A stretch of DNA of 64,000 nt from Chiloscyllium plagiosum (lineage: Eukaryota), in contig NC_057723.1 of the NCBI RefSeq assembly GCF_004010195.1, positions 22,006,474-22,070,473 of the forward strand, written 5' to 3'. The position numbers and the translations under genes were made by a program. Below the pieces are notes generated by a model. That model made no database searches, was not told the DNA's origin, and worked only from the letters and a program-made list of their open reading frames with translations. Numbering within the stretch: the stretch's first letter is position 1; each line of letters starts with the position of its first letter. This document shows, piece after piece, positions 26,125-38,978 of this stretch.

Positions 26125-28210
26125 AGTCAGAGGGAAATTGAGAAATAAACTTGTAAGGAGATCTCAGCTATCTGTAAGAATAATAGGGCAGTTATGGAAG
26201 GGGATTTTTAACTTTCCAAACATCGACTGGGACTGCCATAGTGTTAAAGGTTTAGATGGAGAGGAATTTCTTAAGTGTGTACAAGACAATTTTCTGATTC
26301 AGTATGTGGATGTACCTACTAGAGAAGGTGCAAAGCTTGACCTACTCTTGGGAAATAAGGCAGGGCAGGTAACTGAGGTGTCAGTGGGGGAGCACTTTGG
26401 GACCAGCGACCATAATTCTATTTGTTTTAAAATAGTGATGGAAAAGGATAGGCCAGATCTAAAAGTTGAAGTTCTAAATTGGAGAAAGGCCAATTTTGAT
26501 GGTATTAGGCACGAACTTTTGAAAGCTGATTGGAAGCAGATGTTCGCAAGTAAAGTGACGGCTGGAAAATGGGAAGCCTTCAGAAATGAGATATCAAGAA
26601 TCTAGAGAAAGTATATTCCTGTCAGGGTGAAAGGGAAGGCTGGTAGGTATAGGGAATGCTGGATGACTAAAGAAATTGAGGGTTTAGTTAAGAAAAACAA
26701 GGAAGCATATGTCAGGTATAGACAGGATAGATCGAGTGAATCCTTAGAAAAGTATAAAGAAAGTAGGAGTATACTTAAGAGGGAAATCAGGAGGGCAAAA
26801 TGAGGACATGAGATAGCTTTGGCAAATAGAATTAAGGAGAATCCAAAGGGTTTTTACAAATACATTAAGGACAAAAGGGTAACTAGGGAGAGAATGGGGC
26901 CCCTCAAAGATCAGCAAGGCGGCCTTGGAGCCACAGAAAATGGGGGAGACACTAAGTGAGTATTTTGCGTCAGTATTTACTGTGCAAAAAGGAAATGGAA
27001 GATATAGACTGTAAGGAAATAGATGGTAACAGCTTACAAAATATACAGATTACAAAGGAGGAAGTGCTGGATGTCTTGAAACGGTTAAAAGTGGATAAAT
27101 CCCCAGGACCTGATCAGGTGTACCCAAGAACTCTGTGGGAAGCGAGAGAAGTGATTGCTGGGCCTCTTGCTGAGATATTTGTATCATTGATCGTCACAGG
27201 TGAGGTGCCGGAAGGCTGGAGGTTGGCAAACGTGGAGCCACTGTTTAAGAAGGGCGGTATAGACAAGCCAGGGAACTATAGACCAGTGAGCCTGACCTCA
27301 GTGGTGGGCAAGTTGTTGGAGAAAATACTGAGGGATAGGATGTACATGTATTTGGAAAGGCAAGGACTGATTAGGGATAGTCAACATGGCTTTGTGATTG
27401 GGAAATCATGTCTCACAAACTTGATTGAGTTTTTTGAATAAGTAACAAAGAGGATTGATGAGGGCAGAGCAGTAGATGTGATCTATATGGACTTCAGTAA
27501 GGTATTTGACAAGGTTCTCCATGGGAGACTGATAAACAAGGTTAGATCTCATGGAATACAGGGAGAACTAGCCATTTGGATACAGAACTGGCTCAAAGGT
27601 TGGAGACAGAAGGTGGTGGTGGAGGGTTGTTTTTCAGACTGGAGGCCTGTGACCAGTGGAGTGCCACAAGGATCAGTGCTGGGCCCTCTACTTTTTGTCA
27701 TTTACGTAAATGATTTGGATGCGAGTATAAGAGGTACAGTTAGTAACTCTGCAGATGACACCAAACTTGGAGGTGTAGTGGACAACAAAGAGGGTTACCT
27801 CAGGATCTGGACCAGATGGGCCAATGGGCTGAGAAGTGGCAGATGGAGTTTAATTCAGATAAATGCGAGGTGTTGCATTTTGGGAAAGCAAATCTTAGCA
27901 GGACTTATACACTTCATGGTAAGGTCCTAGGGAGTGTTGCTGAACAAAGAGACCTTGGAGTGCAGCTGTTTTCCCTGGAGCGTCGGAGGCTGAGAGGTGA
28001 CTTTATAGAGGTTTACAAAATTATGAGGGGCATGGATAGGAAAAATAGACAAAGTCTTTACCCTGGGGTTGGGGAGTCCAGAACTAGAGGGCATAAGTTT
28101 AGGGTGAGAGGGGAAAGATATAAAAGTGGCCTAAGGGGCAACCTTTTCATGCAGAGGGTGGTACGTGTATGGAATGAGCTGCTGGAGGATGTGGTGGAGG
28201 CTGGTAGAGG
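26125..28210 (+). mobile_element. Long CR1/HER1 LINE remnant (APE endonuclease C-terminus plus RT), with stops and an internal deletion near 27965
   Basis: FNFPNIDW...LDLLL...SDHNSI (APE); [34 protein letters not shown] (RT). Confidence 0.95.
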
Positions 28211-28769
28211 TAGTTAGGTTGCAATGAGACAAAACAAATTCAAATTCAGCCAATCAGTTGATATTATGCCCCAAGATACCAAAATCCCAATCGAGTTAGA
28301 ATTTAGTATTTTGATATTAAAACCAATTAAATGATCCAATGTTTTGGGGTATAAAACCGGATTTTTGAATACTTAGAGGGGGAACTGCCACAAAGACTGC
28401 TAGCTCATGTGCTCTCTGAGAGGTACCTCTCTGGGGAAGGAACATCAAAACCGACCTGGAGAGAAGCTACAGAGGAAAATCTACACAGGAAACTTGGCAA
28501 AGCTGACTGGTTTTGAAACAGGATTTTTTTTAAAAATCAGACTAGTATTGTAGAGTAGGATGTAAAAGATAGGTTTAAGAGAAAGGAAATAGATGTTAGT
28601 TTTAATATTCTCTGTTGGACATAAAGAACAAAGTTGTTAATTTTTACTTTAAATAGTGACCTCTGGGATAGCTTTGTGCCTCTTGAAATTTAATGGATTA
28701 CAGCACGTGGTGAATCTTTTCTGAGTTGCTGGTTTAAATTAGCAGATGGGTTTACCCCCTGTCATAGCA
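28210..28769 (+). mobile_element. Partial LTR (Gypsy-like), 3' portion
   Basis: ccaat, tataaaa, 3' end ...ttaccccctgtcatagCA followed by ctat, which matches ctat at 26121-26124 (possible 4-bp TSD). Confidence 0.5.
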
Positions 28770-29104
28770 CTATTAATTTCTCCAAATTGTCTAATCTCAT
28801 ATCTTTCTCCACAGTAAATACTGATTGTTTAGTATCTCATCTATCTCTGCAGTTCCCCACATAAGCAGCTTTTTTGATCATTAAGGACTCCATTCTCTCT
28901 AGTTACCCTTATATCCTCGATGTATTTGTAGAGACCCTTTAGATTCTCCTTCACCCTATTTGCCAAAGCTATCTCATGCCTCCTTTTTGCCCTCCTGATT
29001 ATCCTCTTGAACATACTCCTACTGCCCTTATACTGTTCTAGGGATTCACTCGGTCCTAGCCGTCTATACCTGAATGCTTTTTTCTTGACCAGAGCCTTAG
29101 TTTC

Positions 29105-30090
29105 TCATCATTTTGGCAGAAAGAATAAAATTATCTAAACAGTGAGAGGTTGCAGAGCTTTGTCATAGAGATGTACAGCATGGAAACAGACCCTTCAGTC
29201 CAACCTGTCTATGCCGACCAGATATCCCAACCCAATCTAGTCCCACCTGCCAGCGCCTGGCCCATACCCCTCCAAACCCTTCCAATTCATATACCCATCC
29301 CATGCCTCTTAAATGTTGCAATTGTACCAGCCTCCACCACATCCTCTGGCAGCTCATTCCATACACGTTTCACCCTCTGCGTGAAAAAGTTGCCCCTTAG
29401 GTCTCTTTTATATCTTTCCATCTGGGAGTCCGAGTGCATGAATTGCAGGAAGTTAGTGTACAGGTATTGAATATAATCAGGAAAGCTAATAGAGTGTTAT
29501 GTTTATTGTGAGGGGGACTGAATGCAAGAATAGAGGTTATATTTTAATTATCTCGAACATTGACAAGGCTGCTGCTGGAGTAGTGTACAGTATTGGTCAC
29601 CGTACTTATGGAAGGATGTTAATATGTTGGAATTTATTTAGAGTTTTACTAGACTAAACCTGGAATAAGCAAATTGCCTTATGAGGTAAGACTAGATAGG
29701 TTCGATCTGTATCCTCTGTAGTTTTGTAAAATCAGAGGTGGCTTTGAAACAATTGGAACATATAAGGTCCTGAGGGGAATTGACCAGGTGGATGTCAAAA
29801 AGGTGCTTCCTCTTGCAGGAGAATCTATCATTAGGGCTCAGTTTAAAAATCAGGTGTCACCTATTCAAGATAGAGATGAGAAAACAAACCTTTCTGTCAG
29901 AGGGTTGAGTGTCCTTGGAATTCTTTTCCTCAAGACATTGGATGCAGAATCTTTAAATTTTTTTATAGCAAAAGTAAATATTTTTAAATAATATGATGAC
30001 AAATTATCAGGGATGTATAGTTGAGGTTAAAATCAGATCCACCATGACCTTATTGAATGATGGAGCAGAGTCAAACAGTTGGATTGCTTT
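29105..30090. mobile_element. Old plus-strand CR1 with a young minus-strand CR1 3' end (~29163-29420) nested in it
   Basis: Tail sequence catagagatgtacagcatggaaacagaccc is shared with other CR1 copies. Confidence 0.75.
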
Positions 30091-30091
30091 C

Positions 30092-30378
30092 CATAGAATT
30101 CCTACAACGTGGAAGCATGCCATTTTGGCCACGAAGTCCACACCAACCCGTATTTCACCCATTACCCTGCATTTCCCATGGCTAATCCACCTAACCTACA
30201 TATCTCCTGGACACTACAGGTAACTTATCATGGCCAATCCACCTAATCTTTGAATTGTGGGAGGAAACCTATGCAGACACAGGGAAAATGTGCAAACTCC
30301 ACATAGTCACCCAAGGGTGGATTTGAACGCAACTCCCTGGCGCTGTGAAGTAACAGCGCTAAGCACTGAACTTGCCCC
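30092..30378 (-). mobile_element. HE1 V-SINE (diverged)
   Basis: Reverse complement of the V-domain (tgtgggaggaaacc, tgtgcaaactccac) and the tRNA head. Confidence 0.8.
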
Positions 30379-30399
30379 TTTTTTTGTATGTTTATATTA

Positions 30400-31515
30400 T
30401 TAGATTTCCAGAATGCTTTTGATAAGGTTCCCCATATAAGAAGTTTTTAAAAAATCAAGCTACATGGGATACGAGATAATGCTTTTTGTATAAATTAATG
30501 ATTAACGAACAGACAGGAAACAGAGGATAGGAATAAATGGGACATTCTTAGGTCGACAAGCTGTGATTAGTGGGACACATCAAGGATTGGATCTTGAGTC
30601 CAGCTGTTTATATGGTTTGAAGGTGGGTTCCAAATGTAATATTTACAAACTTGTACACGATACAAAGCGAAATTGAATTATGTTTTGAAAAATATACAAA
30701 GCAGCTTCAGGAGCATTCAACACACTTAGTAAATGGGCAGGAATATGTCAAAGCAATATGGAAAAACATGGAGTTATCCATTTTTGGTAAAAACTGACAT
30801 GGTGTATTTCTTAACTGGCAAACTTGGAAACCGTGGCTATACAAAATGACCAAGGTGACCTTGTTAAGTCACTGAAGGCCAAGATACAGATCCAGAGTGT
30901 TATTAGGAATGCTAATGGAATGTTAGCCTTAATTGCTCAAGGATTTGAGTACCCAAGCACTGAAAGTCCTGTTGCAACTGTAAAGGAACTTGGTTAGACT
31001 ACACAGAGTTCAATATATAGTTTTGGCCTCCTCATCTCAAGTAAGGTATCATTGTGAATAATGGGAGTGCAACAAAAGGTTGACCAGTTTTGATCTTGTT
31101 ACAGCAGGAATGTCCTACGAAGACAGATTGGGCAAACTGCCCTTTATTTTTTACAGTTTCTAAGAATAAAGCTGATCTTATTAAAACTTATAAAATACTC
31201 GAAGACTTAGACATGGTGGATGCAGGTAATATGACGGGGTGATTAAAACCAAGGTGCACAATGTAAGGATGATGCCACTTATGTCTGTGATAAAGAATGT
31301 TTTTGTTCTAGAGGGTTGTGAACCTTTGAAACCCTCTGTTACAGAGGACCATGGAAGTCCAATTTTTGAGCACATAGAGATCAATACATTTCTGATTGCA
31401 ATAGCATACAGGGTTAGAGGGATGGGTAAAAGGCACTGAAGTGTTTGATTATTTATTATTGTATTGAATGGCAGGTCACATCTTATGGGCTGAATGATCT
31501 ACCCTTGTACCTATG
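30400..31515 (+). mobile_element. Old degraded CR1 LINE
   Basis: DFQxAFDKVP codons at ~30403-30432 and recognisable RT/3' remnants. Confidence 0.7.
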
Positions 31516-31742
31516 AATGGTTCAATATCTTGCGCCCCCCCCCCACACCCCCACCCACCCTCAGTTTGTGTCTATTGATCAAGAACTTTACCAATCATAT
31601 TGTTTAGTGAATGGAATGCACAACAGGTTGGACACTTAATATTTTATTTCTAAACACAGACATTTATTTCAGTGAAAGTTAGCAGTTAGTTAGGAATACA
31701 CATGGTAAATCAGTAGAAACTCTCTCTTCCAAACACCACCAT

Positions 31743-34384
31743 TTATTTATCATTCACATAGTCAGCCGGATTCTTCCTCATTGACATTTCATGTTCATTT
31801 ATGGCCCAGGTATAAATAAGATATGAGATCACAAATGCTGGAAAATAAAATATGCACCAGTTTAACTTCTAAATCAGATTACTGACAAAGAATACAACAT
31901 ACCCACACTTTCAGCGGGAATTAATTCTTATTCAGATAAAAGCAAAGTATTGAGGTGCTGGAGACATGAAATAAAAACAAAGTGCTGGAGAAACCCAGCA
32001 GGTCTGACAGTATCTGTGGAGAGTCAGAAAGAGTACATGGTTTGAGTTTAATATGGAATTGAAGAGGGATGGAAAACTGATGGGTTTTATGCTATAAAAC
32101 GAAGGGAGCATGAGCAAGAGGAATAGAGGGCAACAGTGTTCCAACGTAAAAGGTGGAGGCAGTATCAATGAGAGTAGACAAGACATAGATAAATAGTAGG
32201 TATTAATTGTAGAAAGTGGATTAGTTCTACTGGGAACTGCACCTCATTTTCTGCTTAGACACTTTATAGCTTTCAGGACTCCGTGAGTTTGACAACTTCA
32301 CACCATGAACCTTGTTCTTTATATTTTCGACTATCATAAGCACTCCGTTTGGCTGTTGCTCTGGTGTACCTAAACCATCTGCTCCACTTCTCCCTTCTTC
32401 CAGCTCCCCTCCTTTTTTGCAGTAAAACACCCATCCCTTCTCCACCTCATTCAGTTCTGAAGAGTCATACTGGAATCAAAATATTAGGAGGTGCTGCCTG
32501 ACCTCATGAGTTTCTCCAGCACTTTGTGTTTTCATTACAGTTCTTCTTCTGAACCAGCATACCAAATTAAACTCTGCTCTATTTGGGATAGCACTAAAAA
32601 CAAAATACCCACTTCACCATTTTAATCCACTGCAACATTCTGTTTCTTAGATGACCATTATTGATGCCTGTGCTCTACCCTTGCCTAAACCAAACTATGA
32701 GCAATATAAATGGAGTTTGTGACCTCAATATACAGATTCGCATGGCATGTGTATTAGCATATTAAGCTTCACAGAACATAGAACATTACAGTACAGGCCC
32801 TTCAGCCCTCGACGTTACACCGACCTGTAGAACCAATCTAACCTACACTATTCCATTCTCATCCATATGCCTATCCAATGCCCATTTAATGCCCTTAAAG
32901 TTAGGGAGTCTAGTACTACTGTTGCAGGCAGTGTGTTCCATGCCCCTACTACTCTGAGTAAGAAACTACCTGACATCTGTCCTACATCTATCACCCCTCA
33001 ATTTAAAGCTATGCCCCCTCGTGCTAGCCATCGCCATCCGAAGAAAAAGACTCTCACTGTCCACCCTATCTAACCCTCTGTTTATCTTATATGGCTCAAT
33101 TAAGTCATTACTCAACTTTCTCTGTAACGAAAACAGCCTCAAGTCCCTCAGCCTTTCCTCGTAAGCCCTTCCCTCCATACCAAGCAACATCCTAATAAAT
33201 CTCCTCCAAACCCTTTCCAAAGCTTCCACATCCTTCCTATATTGCAGAGACCAGAACTGTGTGCATTACTCCAAATGTGGTCGCACCAGTGTTTTGTTCA
33301 GCTGCAGCATGATCTCATGGTTCCAAAACTCAATCCCTCTACCAATAAAAGCCAATACACCGTATACCTTCTTAACAACCTTATCAACCTGGGTGGCAAC
33401 TTTCAAGGATCTATGTACCTGGACACCAAGACCTCTCTGCTCATCTACGCTATCAAGAATCCTACCAATAGCCCAGTTCTCTGCATTCCAGTTACTCCTT
33501 CCGAAGTGAATCACCTCACACTTTTCTGCATTAAACTCTATTTGCCACCTCTCAGCCCAGCTCTGCAGCTTTTGTATGTGTCTCTGTAACCTACAACATC
33601 TTTCGGCACTATCCACAACCCTACCAACCTACCACAAATTTACTAGCCCATCCTTCTATGCCCTCATCCAGGTCATTTATAAAAATGACAAAAAACAATG
33701 GACCCAAAACAGATCCTTGCAGTACCCCACTAGTAACTAAACTCTAGGATAAATATTTCCCATCAACCACCACCCTCTGTCTTCTTTTAGCTAGCCAATT
33801 TCTGATCGACATCACCAAATCGCCCTCAATCCCATGCCTCTGTATTTTGTGCAATAGCCTACCATGGAGAACTTTATCAAACGCTTTACTGAAATCCATA
33901 TACACCACATCAACCATTTTACCCTCATCCACCTGTGTGGTCACCTTCTCAAAGAACGCAGTAAGGTTCATTGTGCTTTTGTTGATAAAGTGGACAAGAT
34001 GAATAGTAAATTGAATGTTTTTATAATAACATAAATGCTTAACTTCCTTACTTATTAAATTATCGTATTGTTACCTATGAGAATTGACCAATAATTCAAT
34101 GCATTTTTTCAAAATTAACACAGGATCCAAGTGGGCCCATACACAACCTAGACTTCATTTGTAAGGTAAAACCTAAAACTTTACGTGTCATTTCTATAGA
34201 GAAAATGTCTGAAAACATTACGATACATACGTGGAACAATCCGTAACACTTGACCCTTGAATCGCCTCCATGTATTGGGAATGCCTTTGGAGAAATAATT
34301 TGCAAATGCCCTTTGTTCAAATGGAGAGATGGTATAGGTGATAATGTGCCGCACTTTGATCAAGTTTCCAAAGTGGCGACCCAT
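31743..34384 (-). CDS. UQCRQ: Cytochrome b-c1 complex subunit 8 (complex III subunit VII); CDS complement(join(31743..31837,34231..34384)), 82 aa
   Basis: [51 protein letters not shown]|[31 protein letters not shown]. Phase-1 GT-AG intron; same length as human UQCRQ; AATAAA candidates at 31643-31648 and 31663-31668. Confidence 0.97.
31930..32540. mobile_element. Penelope-like fragments in inverted arrangement (UQCRQ intron 2)
   Basis: gtgctggagaaacccagcaggtc / gacctcatgagtttctccagcac inverted ends; decayed ctgaaga...aaa hammerhead-like motif at ~32457-32485. Confidence 0.55.
32770..33970 (-). mobile_element. CR1 LINE (RT plus 3' end) in UQCRQ intron 2
   Basis: [34 protein letters not shown] peptides; agaacatagaaca tail. 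Confidence 0.92.
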
Positions 34385-36399
34385 TTTGTGGCCACTTATT
34401 CAGAAGTTCTATGGTAAACAGAAATGCAAAAACATCATGGATAATTCAGGCATATAAACAATATCAGCAAACTGAACAACAATCTATCATTACTGAATTA
34501 AATAAATACTGTTTATCTTCACAAGTCGTAGCACATGTTAATCTCACTGTCACAAACTGGGCCAATATTGAAGGGTTCCACCCACAGAAAAGATGCAGTT
34601 GACTTAAGAAAATTTCTCGAGTGAACTTTGCTGAGGACTTGAATGTCTGAAAATATGGGGGAAATAAAATGCAGCTTTAAGAAAAAGTTGATCACATGAA
34701 AGTTGTAGTGGCATGCTACTTTTGTGCATTTCTGCAGTCCTTAGATAGCAGAGGTGATAGCAGGAAGGGAGTTCCAGCATTTTCACCTAGTAACAACAAA
34801 TGAACAGTGATATAGTTCCACAATAGTATGTGACTTGTATGGAACTTGCAGGCAACATTCCCTCCAAGCCATGCATGCACAGCTGCTCCAATGTTCAGCA
34901 CACGCAGCGTTGATTTGCACTTCCAGAAGTTACTGCCGCACATAGCCGATAAGAAAGTTAAACAGCACACTGCTTGCAGGTGATGGTGCACCCTTGCATC
35001 TCTCATTCTTATCCACCCGGGATGAGAGATACGCTTTTATAGATCCTTTTGAAAGAGAAGGCAGGATGGAATAAAGGGAATAATGACTGAAGGATCACTG
35101 CCTACAAAGAACACAGTGAGACTATGAAGTAGCTGGCCCAGTCAGAACAGTGAAAATCCTGGATTGCTACATAAAACAGAATTAGATCATTTGGATAAAA
35201 GTGAGACAAAACTCAATTAAAAGAGAGTCAGTAGATCGATGGACAATTTAGTCCAAGTTCATTCCACCATTCAATTATGCTTCACGTTCACATATGCAGC
35301 CATCACTTGCAAGTTGAGAAATTATTGCCCATTGCTAACTGCCAGTTACAAAGTGATAACATACTACCTTCTTGGTGAAAATACTTCCAAAGCACAATCC
35401 AGAATTCCAGAAATTGACCCTATAATGAAACAGGAATGTCAATCACTTTCAAACTGAAATTGGGAATGCAACTTGAAAGGGAACTTACAGGTAGTGCCTA
35501 TTGCTCATCTTCTTGGGCAGTAAAGGCTATGGATTTGGGAAGTTTTGACAAATTTCTCCAGCACACTTTGTAGATGCTCCTACAATATATGTTTAAGCAG
35601 GTCATTTGCTGCCAATCAATAAGGTAGCTTTATTCTAGAGGATGGTGAACACCTTGAGAGGTGGTGGTGTCCATCAATGAGAATAAAATGGTCACTGAAC
35701 ACTTTCATCTGGCTGCCTGTTTAATTGTTCATCAACATTCACAACTGAATGTGGCATGATTGCAGAGTTCCAACCTGAACTGTTGGTTGTGGGACTGCAC
35801 ATTTTTTTTTTCTGTTTAGTAGTTTAGCACTATGGCTTCACAACATTAGCACTATACTCCTAAAGATACCTATTTCTGCACCTACCATATTCTTCTACAA
35901 ACTTCACTGAATCAGAGTTAGCACCTGGCCTGATTAAAATCATTAATCTGAGAAATATGAAGGTTGAGATTTCAGGTTGTGATGAAACATAATTCTATAC
36001 AGGTCACAGATGCCCAGTTTTGTGCTGATAGATTCAGTGTGAATCTACAACATTTAGCACTTGGGTGGTGTCACACAGCATGATGCTAATCTGTCCCTGC
36101 CTCAAATTCATAAACGTTACAATCCATGCCCCACAAAAATCGATCAATCTCAGTTGTTAAAGTTTCACTGGACCTAGACTCAACAACTTCCCACAAAAAG
36201 GCAGTTGGGAGATTTCTGGTTCCCTGGCTGTTATGTTCTTTCCGACATCGCCTCCAAACCACTGCCTTGTCCTGAACCCTTTCACGGTGGGTCATTCCAA
36301 ATCATCCCTCCAAGGTGAAGCTAAAGTCAAACGAGGGAAATCGAAGTCACGAACTGAAATCTGAAATCTATGGAATCACATTGTAAGATGGGCCCTGAA

Positions 36400-36830
36400 A
36401 CCCCCTTGGAAGCAACACGGGGATTGCTGGCGAACGATGCACTTGCTGTGGAACAAACCTAATGTTTGCTGGCGGTGTGCAGTCTCGGCGGCGCTCGGCA
36501 CTGGGGTCCTCCAGGACAAACTGCAGCCAGGATACAGGCCTCCTCGGGACTGTGTGCGGCCCTCCACCCGGGAACCCTCACCCACCACCTCCATGCGACA
36601 TTAAACACTCACCCCTATCATTCCATGGCTCTACGGTTGGTAATGAATTACATTTACCCTCCCTCCTTGACTCTACCTTTCTCATTCCGACCCCTCACCT
36701 TCTCCTCTCCAACCTTGGCTCCGACAGTAATGGCGGCGCCTCTCTTCCCGCAAGCCCCCCCTTACGTCCCTGCGTCAGACGTTTGCCGGCCTGTCCACGT
36801 GCCTCCGGGATGTTACAAATGTCACTGCAG
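36400..36830 (-). promoter_or_regulatory. UQCRQ: CpG-rich promoter and probable non-coding exon 1 of UQCRQ (donor after 36699)
   Basis: Local CpG enrichment; minus strand ...ggagaag|gtgagg donor; YY1-like aatggcggc (36729-36737), tgcgtca, E-box cacgtg (~36796); exon-2 acceptor at 34409-34410. Confidence 0.65.
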
Positions 36831-36836
36831 GGATGA

Positions 36837-36972
36837 TGTGGAGGCGATGCTGTTGGATTGAAAATTAAAAATCATACAAAACCAGGTGGTTGTGATGAAG
36901 GAGCAGCACTCCGAAAGATAGTGCTTCTAATTAAACCTTTTGGACTATAACCTGGTGTTGTGTGATTTTTAA
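36837..36972. mobile_element. Short fold-back Penelope-like insertion, 14-bp TSD
   Basis: cactgcagggatga at 36823-36836 and 36973-36986; inverted ends (ttaaaaatcatacaaaaccagg / cctggtgttgtgtgatttttaa); decayed hammerhead core. Confidence 0.75.
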
Positions 36973-37086
36973 CACTGCAGGGATGAATGTGTGCTGGAAT
37001 AATGCTCACGGCATGCATGGTCTTCTGGTTAATGACCACATCCAGCACCACAGGAGACTGTGTGCTTTATCTCCCTTTCCAGCTCC

Positions 37087-37920
37087 TTTTTTTTAAATTT
37101 CAAAACTATATTCATAAAAAAGACTTTGTATATATACATTATGTGGAGGTGCCAATGTTGGACTGGGGTAGACAAAGTTAAAAACCACAGGACACTAGGC
37201 TATAATCCAACAGGTGTATTTGAAAGTACAAGTTTTCAGAACACTGCTCCTTCAACAAGTCCACTAGCTACCTGACAAAGGAGCAGTGCACCGACAGTTT
37301 GTACTTTCAAATAAGCCTTTTTTACTATAACCAGGTATTGTGTGATTTTTAACTATATATACATTGACGCAAAGTAATTTGGTTCTGTACAGTAGTATAC
37401 CAAGCAAACAAACAAAACGTTGAACTTTGACTATCTCAAAAAAAAACAAAGACCTCTCTTACACAAACTAGTATTTACATATATTTGAGAAATTGGGAGG
37501 GTCCCATAACTGAACAGATTCCCCATCTACCTTCAGCAGAAAGACCTCAGATGGTGGTCTTTCCCCACTGCGTCTTGGCTGCAGCTGCCTTTAGTGTGCC
37601 TTTCAGTACGTAGTCCTGGACCTTGGAATGCACCAGTTTGCAACACTCTGTTGGGGTCAACTCCTTGTTCTGGAAGACCAACAAGGCTCAAGCAAACTGA
37701 AGAGCATCTTTCACTGAGTTGATAGTCCTCCAGGTGCGGTTGATGTCTGTCTCAGTGTGTCCCAGGAACAGACCATATAGCACAAAGTTCTGCATCATGG
37801 AGCAGCTCGGGACAAACCTCAACAAAAACCACTGCATCATCCTCCAGACTTCATTTGCAAAGGTACATTCCAGAAAGAGATGTGACAATGTCTACCTTCC
37901 TGCAACCACTTTGAGGGCCT
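37087..37920 (-). mobile_element. Tx1/L1-clade LINE 3' end
   Basis: HLFLECTFANEVW...VLYGLF...TINSVKDAL (zf-RVT-type C-terminus); A-rich tail at ~37087-37120. Confidence 0.75.
37141..37353. mobile_element. Fold-back Penelope-like insertion, 12-bp TSD, nested in the Tx1-like element
   Basis: tatatatacatt at 37129-37140 and 37354-37365; the two halves are reverse complements. Confidence 0.75.
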
Positions 37921-38394
37921 TCCACCTCCATTTGGATATAGCCCATTTCCCTCATCTTTGATGGTTTGTGTTATCCTAATCGGCTTTTCTATTTTCCTAA
38001 TCAACCTCTTCAGAGCCGTATTGACACTCTTGTGAAGTAGGTGGAACTGGAACCTAGGCCTCCTAGCTCAATGGTAGGGAAACTATTATACACAAGAGCT
38101 CTTTTTATAGGCTTTGCACATAAATTATTTATTGGAAACACAGGTGATTTAATGGTGGTGATTAGATGCAAAAAAAACAAGGTGTTTTGATGATGGGGAA
38201 AAATGTTCAATTAAGACAGTTGTGTCTAAGAACACTTCAAGATACAGAAAAAACATGTAAAATGTCCACATCCAAGAATTTGAGTTCATGACAGAGTTGG
38301 TGAAGGACAAAGCAAGATCAAGAACGGTCTTCAGAATTTGGCTTCTTCATAAGTACTACAATGCATGGTATTTGAAGATTACCAGGTTTTAATT

Positions 38395-38628
38395 TTTTTT
38401 TTCTTCAGGAAGATTGGAAAACACCCGGGTGGGTATAGCACTTTATTTTTTTTTTTTTAAAACACCCGGGTGGGTATAGCACTTTATTTTTTTTTCCTTT
38501 TCCCTTTAACCCCCACACTACCACCTAACTGCGGTAGTGCTTATTTTTTTTCCCCCAGCACCCATGGTGTGTGTGTGCAGGTGTGAGACACAGTGGAAGA
38601 CACAAAGTGCACGAATCTTTATTCAATT
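38395..38628 (-). mobile_element. Young unclassified poly(A) retroposed insertion with ~14-16-bp TSD
   Basis: ttaccaggttttaatt at 38379-38394 and 38629-38644; poly-T at the left end; internal ~36-bp direct repeat. Confidence 0.75.
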
Positions 38629-38884
38629 TTACCAGGTTTTAATTGTGCTGTTAGTTTATTGAAAGATTGTTCCATGAGCTCCACCTCCTATGCTAGTTGG
38701 TCAACTCCATGTGCTTCTCTATCTGTTTCTGACATCCATATGCTTAGACTTCAGGCTGTCCTAAGCACTGTCTGTTTCTCTATCTTTCTTAACCGTTTGC
38801 ATGTGCTATTTATGCCCCTAGAAGGAGCAAATCCCTGATATCTGAAAGATTGCCTCTAGATCCTAAAATCTTCAAACAACAGAT

Positions 38885-38978
38885 TGAGCTAAAAATCACA
38901 CAACACCAGGTTATAATCCAACAGATTTATTTGGAAGTACAAGATTTTAGAGTGCTGCTCCCTCATCAGGTAGTTAAT
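38885..38978 (-). mobile_element. Short Penelope-like insertion (same family as 15073-15206)
   Basis: aaaaatcacacaacaccaggttata...ctccctcatcagg; flanking caacagat repeats. Confidence 0.7.

Noticed and set aside
26099-28217. RT and endonuclease ORFs as host genes or an active LINE
   Set aside because: In-frame stops, frameshifts and an internal deletion; dead CR1 copy.
38419-38495. Direct repeats resembling a CRISPR-like array
   Set aside because: Only two units separated by a T-tract within a eukaryotic retroposon; no spacers or cas genes.
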